Below, piece by piece: positions 56,425 to 64,000 of a stretch of DNA of 64,000 nt. The number at the start of each line of letters is the position of its first letter. The first letter of the stretch is position 1. The position numbers and the translations under genes were made by a program. Source of the DNA: Trichosphaerium sp. ATCC 40318 (Eukaryota; Protista; Tubulinea); NCBI GenBank assembly GCA_038496445.1, contig JALMLS010000572.1, forward strand, positions 12,937 to 76,936, written 5' to 3'. Under the pieces are notes generated by a model, which did no database searches, had not been told where the DNA came from, and saw nothing but the letters and a program-made list of their open reading frames with translations.

Positions 56425-58578
56425 ATGTCGCGCTACGAACCACTGGACCCTCGAAATCCAGACATTAAACATATCTCGCGCTTATATAGCCTCTTCGGTA
56501 TGAACATGCCGTAAATGACTTGTACTCATTGCGTACATAGGTACAACGGAATTAGCACGCTATGCACACTATAAACAAGTTCAGCTTGAGCATAGCCGCC
56601 GTCAGCACGAAATTGCAATGAGCCTTGCTTCTGCGAGGTATATACGCACTGTTAAAGCTTTATTAATGTGTTTTACCCAGAGAACAATTTAAGTGGGCAC
56701 TTTTAGCTGGCGTACCACTAGCAACATATTCTTGTTATTATGCTGCAGCGAAGTACGTTAGTTATGACAACCGTGGAAAAAGGCTCCAACACTCTTACTA
56801 TGCTATGTAACGCTAAATTAACGCGTAGAAAGTCATTTACAGCACTTCTTTTTCCTGTCATCTACGCTACTGGCATGATGTACTTGGCTGACGAAGCATA
56901 CGGCGATAAACTGTACGTCGTACACTATGGTATTTTAACTAACCTACGGAACAGCGGAAGAGTTACACGTCAAGCAGATAAGCTATTACAGGACGAAAAC
57001 CTATTCACACAATACGACGAACCCGTAGATGGTAAACTAATGACCTTTTGAACCAAGCCATTGCAATTGAAGGCTAACACTTGCGTTTTTCTTTAGCTTT
57101 CACTTTTTCCCCTCTGGAGACTATCAAGAACATGGAAAACTTGAGTGTGGAGGTTAATGTTGGTGGCGAAGGCTCAACCGTATCGGATGGACCTTTAGCA
57201 CCTGAAGGTGATGCAGGCGTACTGAGATTAAATCAATTCGTACACTTGGACAGAGAAAAACACCACTTGACTCCAAGAGCTAAGATAGATCATGTTAATA
57301 GAAGCTATAGACAATCTAAAGGACTCTAGTACGTTTTATACTCACTTTATATAACTAGTAGCTCCGGAATACTTGTTTGAACCAAAGCAAAAGAAACAGT
57401 TTTTTTTACTCCAAGTTTTCTTTTTTTGTAGTTCTTGTCACTTCTGGTTTCAAATCTATTGTATATTTGATTTCTATATACCTATATCCAAAAGGCTTCT
57501 TGAATGATGATCTTCGGATATTTGACATAGTTCTTCCTTCTGTAGGAGCCAAAATATTCTTTTTTTTTTTCATTCTCCTTTTGGATTGTTTTTTTGTTGA
57601 TATTGTTATAGCTGGAAGAACGGTGTTGATTTACGTAAAAAGTACCATGCTATCCATAAAACAAGCCCAATACAACTCATACAAGAGCAACTCCTAGTAG
57701 AAGCTGATAGACTCACAGATAGCAATGGAACTATCACTCCACCAGGTAATTAAAACAACTCCAAAATCGAAAAAAAATATCAATCACATTCTCTTTTTTG
57801 CTTGATAAAACGCTTTTATTATTACCAAATATTCTCATCATTACCGCATCCGGTAAATAACACAATTTTTTTCATACGTATGTGTCCAACACAACAAAAA
57901 CAAAATCTTGGTCCGAATAATTTTTTCTCATTATTTTCTGTTTTAGCCGCTGGTTGGACTTTGTCAGGAAACGGACCGGTTATGACCCAAACCAGAGAAG
58001 AAGCTGTTAAAAGACAAACTATAGCTAAGAAACAAGAAAAACTACAAATTAAAGAAGCAGAAGAGATAATCGAAAGCCTTCGACCTCAAGACCCACAAGA
58101 TCCAGCTTTCCATGATCCAGAGTTTTATGTTGATTACCAGAAAGTAATTGAAAAATATTCTTATAATCCATATATTATAAAATGGGTTGAAAGCGAGAAA
58201 GAACGTATTGCCATTGGCGTAACACGTGCTGAATTAATGGGACAAGGTGAATTATTATCGGGTAAACGTAATTACCATGTGGCTGTTGATATGGACAGTC
58301 CACTTTGTGAAACGATACCATATAACCTTGCAAAGTCTATGTGGAAATCAAAGAAAGATTTATCTAAACTTGGATATCCACATGTACCTGTTGAAGGAGC
58401 ATTTTGGATAAGAGGTGATATTTACAATGATCTTTTGGATGCTCTCGAACTCAAAGAACGTGAGGCGGAGAGAATGGCAAAACAAATAGGCGCATGGCAA
58501 GAGGCTACTAATAAGAAGCATGAAGAAGTTAAAGGGTGGAAATTTGATCCAGAAAAACATAAGTTCACTTACTATTAA
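56425..58578 (+). CDS. PLGRKT/DUF2368-like two-TM protein with a long uncharacterised C-terminal extension
   Basis: RRQHEIAMSLASAREQFKW..two hydrophobic segments..ADEAYGDKLGRVTRQADKLL resembles PLGRKT. The frame continues across intron 57329-57611 (TA|C) and intron 57746-57946 into the 258-aa ORF. Confidence 0.65.
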
Positions 58579-58856
58579 TACTCAACCAACAAAAACGTTG
58601 TGCAAAATAAAAAATAACCGCATTGATCTCGCTTATTTTTTTATGCTTCTTACCCAACAATGACCCATTTAATTTTCTTACTTTATCTAGACCTGGATTA
58701 TGTCCACCAAACTAGAAAACAGCTATCCAATAATATTATGGGGTATTTCATGTAGCGTAAAAAACAAACATTCATTAGCTCAACTATAAAAATGCACTGC
58801 TTGTTTCAAAATATTTTAATGACCTTATATACAGTACAGGGAAAAGGGGGTAGGTC

Positions 58857-61800
58857 TTAGGCTTTTGCGTTAAAGGCAAGTTCGCCGGATTCTGAGGCTT
58901 CTGGTTCTTCAGCTGATTGACTGGAGGATTCGTCTTCGTCATCACTTTCATCGTCATCCTCATTGTCACTCTCGTCGTCATCGTCTTCATCTTCAGCATC
59001 ATCACTTTCAGACGACTTGCTATTGTCTTCTTCGTCGCTTTCGTTGTCGCTAACGGAGTCTTTATCGCTTCGTTCAGAGTCAGTAGAGTCAGGGAGACTG
59101 GCGTTAACACTAGAGCTGTGACTTTGTGATGAATCTTCGCTAGATTCTTTGCCAGCACCAGTAGGGCTTGCAACTGCTTCATAGCTAGAGTATGACGCCA
59201 CACTATCATTGTCTGATTGGGAATGTGCAGAGCTGTCTTGGTCATCACTTGGACTTTCAGAACCGGAAACGCTATCTGACGCTTCAGTGGCGGAATATTG
59301 GCTAGCAGAATCACTGCCAGAATTGTCACTTGAAGCTTCGGTGCCAGAAGCTTGGCTACCAGACTCAGATCTACTATCAGAGGAATAATCATCATCTTTA
59401 CGAGCATCTTGTTCTTCATAGCTTTCGCTTTGTTCTTCTGCAGGTAGTGGTGGTGCCACGGCAGCAGAAGATGCGGCAGCGACAGGAGCAGCAGCGGCAG
59501 GAGCAGCACTTCTGTTATTCTACAAAAGAAAGTCAATAAACAAGGTTTTTACTGTTAGGACAATAAAATATTAACTTACCAAACGTGAGCGTGTGATATA
59601 AACAAGAGCTGCGACAATGGCAACCAGAATGATTACGATAATTGCAATGAGAACTAATTTTTGATAAGTACAAGTTTCTTCAAAAAAAGAGACGAAAGAC
59701 AATGGTAGGAAAACACGTACCTATAATCGCAATAGCATAGCCAGGAATACCATCATCTGATGGTGTAGCAGCAGCGTCAGCATTCGGCGCTGTTGGAACC
59801 GCTACTGGTTCTTGTGGTCTAACTTCACCAGTTTGTACAGTAGGAGGAGGAAGTGCAACTGGGGCAGTCTATCCAAAAGTAAGCTTCATTTAGGTGCTAT
59901 CATTAAACTCGTACAGTCACTTCTAATCCAGCATTGGTGACAGCTTCCGTAAACGATTGCAAGGCAGTTGGATCGGCCAAGAAATCAGCAACGATTGCAG
60001 CTGCATTTATAGTAGTATCACCAGGAGGGGTTTGGATAACTACCAAAATGTTGGTACCAACCTGCCTTTTGTTACCAGTGGCAGGTTCTTGAGAGTAACT
60101 GGCAAGAGACCTATTCACATTCATAGCATCTACCATAGCGTTACCAACCTGATCTACGACCTCTTGAGGCGCAGGACTAGGCGTGCTAATGGTGGTGGCT
60201 GTAGTAACTTCTAATAGAAAGTGTCAATAATAAATGCTGTGTTAAACTGTTGCTGTTTAAAGCCGAAACCAAAACTCACCAGTAGATGGGCATTCTGTTG
60301 CTGCATCCCCACCAATAAACGTAACTGAGCCCTCCTAAAGAATTGATTAGCAAAAGGTGCTTAAATAAAGCAATTTTTAGACGTACACCAAGAGTCCACG
60401 TGGTTGAAACACCACTCCAAGTGTAAGCATAGTTAGTTGTTGGATAAAATGGAGCTGTTCCTGAAAATGAGGTTGGTTGCGCTGTAGCACCATCTGCAAA
60501 TGGTGTAACGTTATTATCTGCCCCAACAGGGACTGTTAGTGACGTATCCTAGCGTAAACGTTAGTGGTTATGCTATATACAATGATGTGTACGTCTGTTG
60601 TCCATCCCAAAAAGGCAGTAAAAGTACCATCGCCATTTGGTTGAACGCAATCTAAACGTGGTTGAATCTATAAAATATATTAGCGCTCACAGTACTGACG
60701 TAGTAACTTACAGATGGGAATGAATTGACAAAAGGTGCAAGGGTAGGCGCTAATGTAGGTGGTGCTGTAGGTGTAAATGTTGGAGCGTCAGTAGTTGGGG
60801 AAGCTGTAGTTGGAGCATTTGTTGTTGGTGTTTCAGTTGTTGGCACCTCAGTAGTTGGTGCAGCAGTGGTTGGTGCATCGGTAGTTGGAGCCTCAGTTGT
60901 TGGCGCTACAGTTGTTGGAGCTTCAGTTGTTGGCGCTAGAGTGGTAGGAGCCTCTGTAGTTGGAGCTTCAGTCGTTGGTGCTACAGTCGTTGGAGCATCT
61001 GTAGTTGGCGCTTCTGTTGTTGGAGCAGCAGTTGTAGGTGCCTCAGTTGTGGGTGCCTCTGTAGTTGGTGCTGCAGTCGTAGGAGCTTCGGTTGTAGGTG
61101 CCTCTGTAGTAGGAGCATCTGTTGTTGGAGCTTCAGTGGTTGGAGCCTCAGTTGTTGGGGCTACGGTGGTTGGAACAGCTGTTGTTGGAGCATCAGTTGT
61201 AGGAGCCTCAGTTGTTGGTGCTTCAGTGGTTGGAGCTTCAGTTGTTGGGGCATCTGTGGTAGGCGCCTCCGTTGTTGGAGCATCTGTTGTAGGCGGATTG
61301 GTGGTAGGAGCATTGGTAGTTGGAGCTTCAGTTGTTGGGGTAGCTGTTGTAGGTGCTTCAGTGGTTGGAGCCTCTGTAGTTGGTGCCTCCGTGGTTGGAG
61401 CATCTGTTGTTGGTGCCTCCGTGGTAGGGACAGCAGTTGTAGGTGCATCTGTGGTAGGAGCGTCTGTTGTAGGAGAATCAGTTGTAGGAGCATCAGTTGT
61501 TGGTGTTTCAGTCGTTGGTGTTACAGTCGTTGGAGCATCTGTAGTTGGAGCTTCAGTTGTTGGGGCTTCGGTGGTTGGAGCGTCTGTAGTTGGTGCCTCC
61601 GTGGTTGGAGCGTCTGTAGTTGGTGCCTCCGTGGTTGGAGCATCAGTTGTTGGTGCGCCTGTGGTAGGGACAGCAGTTGTAGGTGCATCTGTGGTAGGAG
61701 CGTCTGTTGTAGGAGCCTCAGTTGTTGGTGCATCTGTGGTAGGTGCTTCAGTTGTTGGTGCTTCGGTAGTTGGAGCCTCTGTAGTTGGAGTGTCAGTAGT

Positions 61801-64000
61801 AGGCGCTACAGTGGTAGGGGTTTCGGTGGTTGGAGCTTCAGTAGTTGGTGCTTCAGTTGTTGGTGCCTCAGTAGTAGGCGCTTCCGTTGTAGGAGCCTCT
61901 GTTGTTGGTGCATCTGTAGTAGGCGCTACAGTGGTAGGAGCGTTTGTTGTTGGAGCCTCAGTTGTTGGCGCATCTGTAGTCGGTGCGTCAGTCGTTGGAG
62001 TACCTGTAGTTGGTGCTTCAGTTGTTGGTGCCTCCGTGGTAGGGACAGCAGTTGTAGGTGCATCTGTGGTAGGAGCGTTTGTTGTTGGAGCCTCAGTTGT
62101 TGGCGCATCTGTGGTTGGAGCTTCAGTGGTAGGAGCGTCTGTTGTAGGAGCAGCAGTTGTTGGTGCCTCTGTAGTCGGTGCGTCAGTCGTTGGAGTACCT
62201 GTAGTTGGTGCTTCTACAAATAAGGTAAGTTCCCATATAGAAAGTAAACGACAAAGTACCAGTTGTTGGCGCTATAGTTGTAGGTGCTTCAGTAGTTGGT
62301 GGTTCAGTGGTAGGTGCGTCTGTTGTAGGTGCTTCTGTTGCTGGAGACTCTGTCGTTGGAGCTTCAGTAGTTGGAGCTTCTGTTGTTGGAGCATCTGTTG
62401 TAGGCACTTCTGTTGTTGGAGACTCTGTAGTTGGAGGTTCAGTAGTTGGCGCTTCCGTTGTTGGAGCCTCTGTTGTAGGTGCAGCAGTTGTTGGTGCAGC
62501 AGTTGTAGGTGCCTCTGTAGTAGGAGCATCTGTAGTTGGAGCTTCAGTGGTTGGAGCATCCGTAGTTGGAGCTTCTGTTGTTGGAGCTTCTGTTGTTGGA
62601 GCATCTGTTGTAGGCACTTCTGTTGTTGGTGACTCTGTCGTTGGAGTTTCAGTAGTTGGTGCCTCCGTTGTTGGAGCCGCAGTTGTTGGGGTAGCAGTTG
62701 TAGGAGCTACAGTTGTAGGAGCCTCTGTAGTTGGAGTGTCAGTAGTAGGCGCTACAGTTGTAGGGGTTTCGGTGGTTGGAGAAGCTGTAGTTGGTGCTTC
62801 AGTAGTAGGAGTTTCAGTTGTTGGAACTTCAGTTGTAGGAGACTCTGCAAGCGAAGTTAGTCTGCATAAAAAGCAAATAAAAAGTACCAGTTGTAGGAGC
62901 ATCAGTAGTAGGAACCTCCGTAGTTGGAGCCTCAGTTGTAGGAGGTTCAGTTGTTGGTGCTACAGTTGTAGGAGCCTCTGTAGTAGGAGCTTCAGTAGTT
63001 GGAGCGTCAGTAGTTGGAGCTTCTGTTGTTGGTGCTTCAGTTGTAGGAGCCTCTGTAGTTGGTGCTTCAGTAGTTGGAGGTTCCGTAGTTGGCGCTTCAG
63101 TTGTAGGCGCCTCTGTAGTAGGAGCGTCAGTAGTAGGTGCTTCAGTTGTAGGAGCCTCTGTAGTAGGAGCTTCAGTAGTTGGAGCGTCAGTAGTTGGAGC
63201 ATCTGTAGTTGGAGCCTCAGTTGTAGGAGGTTCAGTTGTTGGTGCTACAGTTGTAGGAGCCTCTGTAGTAGGAGCTTCAGTAGTTGGAGCGTCAGTAGTT
63301 GGAGCTTCAGTTGTTGGTGCCTCTGTTGTAGGAGTAGCTGTAGTTGGTGACTCTGTTGTTGGTGCATCAGTTGTAGGAGCCGCTGTAGTTGGCGCTTCAG
63401 TTGTAGGCGACTCTGTAGTAGGGGCTACAGTAGTTGGTGCTTCGGTTGTTGGCGCCTCAGTCGTAGGTGCATCTGTGGTTGGAGCTTCAGTCGTGGGAAC
63501 CTCCGTAGTAGGCGCCAATGTAGTAGGTACTACAGTTGTAGGAGCTTCAGTGGTAGGAGCCTCTGTTGTTGGCGCATCAGTTGTAGGCGATTCTGTAGTA
63601 GGGACTTCAGTAGTTGGTGCTTCGGTTGTTGGTGCAACAGTTGTTGGGGCATCTGTAGTTGGTGCATCTACAAAGAAAGTTAGTTGCTTTGGAAAGTAAA
63701 ATACAAAGTACCAGTTGTTGGCGCTACAGTTGTAGGTGCTTCAGTAGTTGGAGTTTCAGTCGTAGGCGCATCAGTTGTAGGTGGTTCAGTTGTTGGAGCC
63801 TCAGTAGTTGGCGATTCGGTGGTTGGAGCATCTGTAGTTGGTGCTACGGTTGTTGGTGCTTCAGTAGTAGGTGCATCTGTGGTTGGAGCTTCAGTTTGTT
63901 GGCACTTCAGTTGTTGGTGCTACAGTTGTAGGAGCCTCTGTAGTTGGAGCTTCAGTGGTTGGTGCTTCAGTAGTTGGAGCTTCAGTTGTTGGGTCTTCAG
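58857..64000 (-). CDS. Large type I membrane mucin-like glycoprotein (5' end beyond the window)
   Basis: About 200 PTT(E/D)A repeats, a Cys-bracketed domain CVQPNGDGTFTAFLGW..QPTSF..TWTLG..ECP, an SEA-like segment, TM segment YAIAIIVLIAIIVIILVAIVAALVYI and an S/D/E-rich cytoplasmic tail. Confidence 0.88.
60780..64000 (-). repeat. 15-bp coding tandem repeat (Pro-Thr-Thr-Glu/Asp-Ala)
   Basis: Continuous 15-nt period with synonymous variation, interrupted by three related introns. Confidence 0.97.

Noticed and set aside
57494-57550. Possible box C/D snoRNA
   Set aside because: The box D position reads CTGT, the unit is only ~57 nt, and box C is sequestered in a larger hairpin.
57406-57573. 55-aa antisense ORF inside the PLGRKT-like intron
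   Set aside because: It is short, arises from T-rich intron composition and has no recognisable motif.
60725-63699. Long + strand (VVGAS)n ORFs of 635 and 347 aa, and Q/L-rich minus-strand ORFs
   Set aside because: They are antisense or off-frame shadows of the PTTEA repeat. Splice sites, TM segment and tail all support the minus-strand Thr/Pro frame.

Overview
This is AT-rich, gene-dense, intron-rich eukaryotic nuclear DNA. It is most likely amoebozoan, inferred from a Dictyostelium-type ROCO kinase, an IP3-receptor homolog and a GARNL3-type RapGAP. About 21 protein-coding genes can be rebuilt by hand across many short introns (mostly 39-65 nt, GTACG-type donors, YTRAC branch, YAG/AAG acceptors). 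In order they are: CBS-domain protein, Trp-repeat/RAP-like protein, RING+C2H2 zinc finger, two uncharacterised paralogs flanking a weak hypothetical gene, UBA-like coiled-coil protein, LRR-Roc-COR-kinase, basic/acidic low-complexity protein, IP3 receptor, SLC43/FMP42-type MFS transporter, Pol theta with a nested Sel1 gene, a weak hypothetical gene, RapGAP-CNH, HPS1, PRPS-like, SAM methyltransferase, MTO1, PLGRKT-like protein and a large PTT(E/D)A mucin running off the window. The most notable observations are: an unannotated H/ACA snoRNA in the MFS intron; a ~480-nt heavily base-paired intergenic RNA candidate carrying a telomere-template-like 8-mer; a GA-AG intron and several GC-AG introns; long introns that repeatedly fold into hairpins; a complete gene nested antisense in a POLQ intron; apparent pseudo-enzymes (Roc GTPase, PRPS); and a divergent IP3R selectivity filter. 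All exon joins and family calls are manual and from memory of the families. No searches were run.
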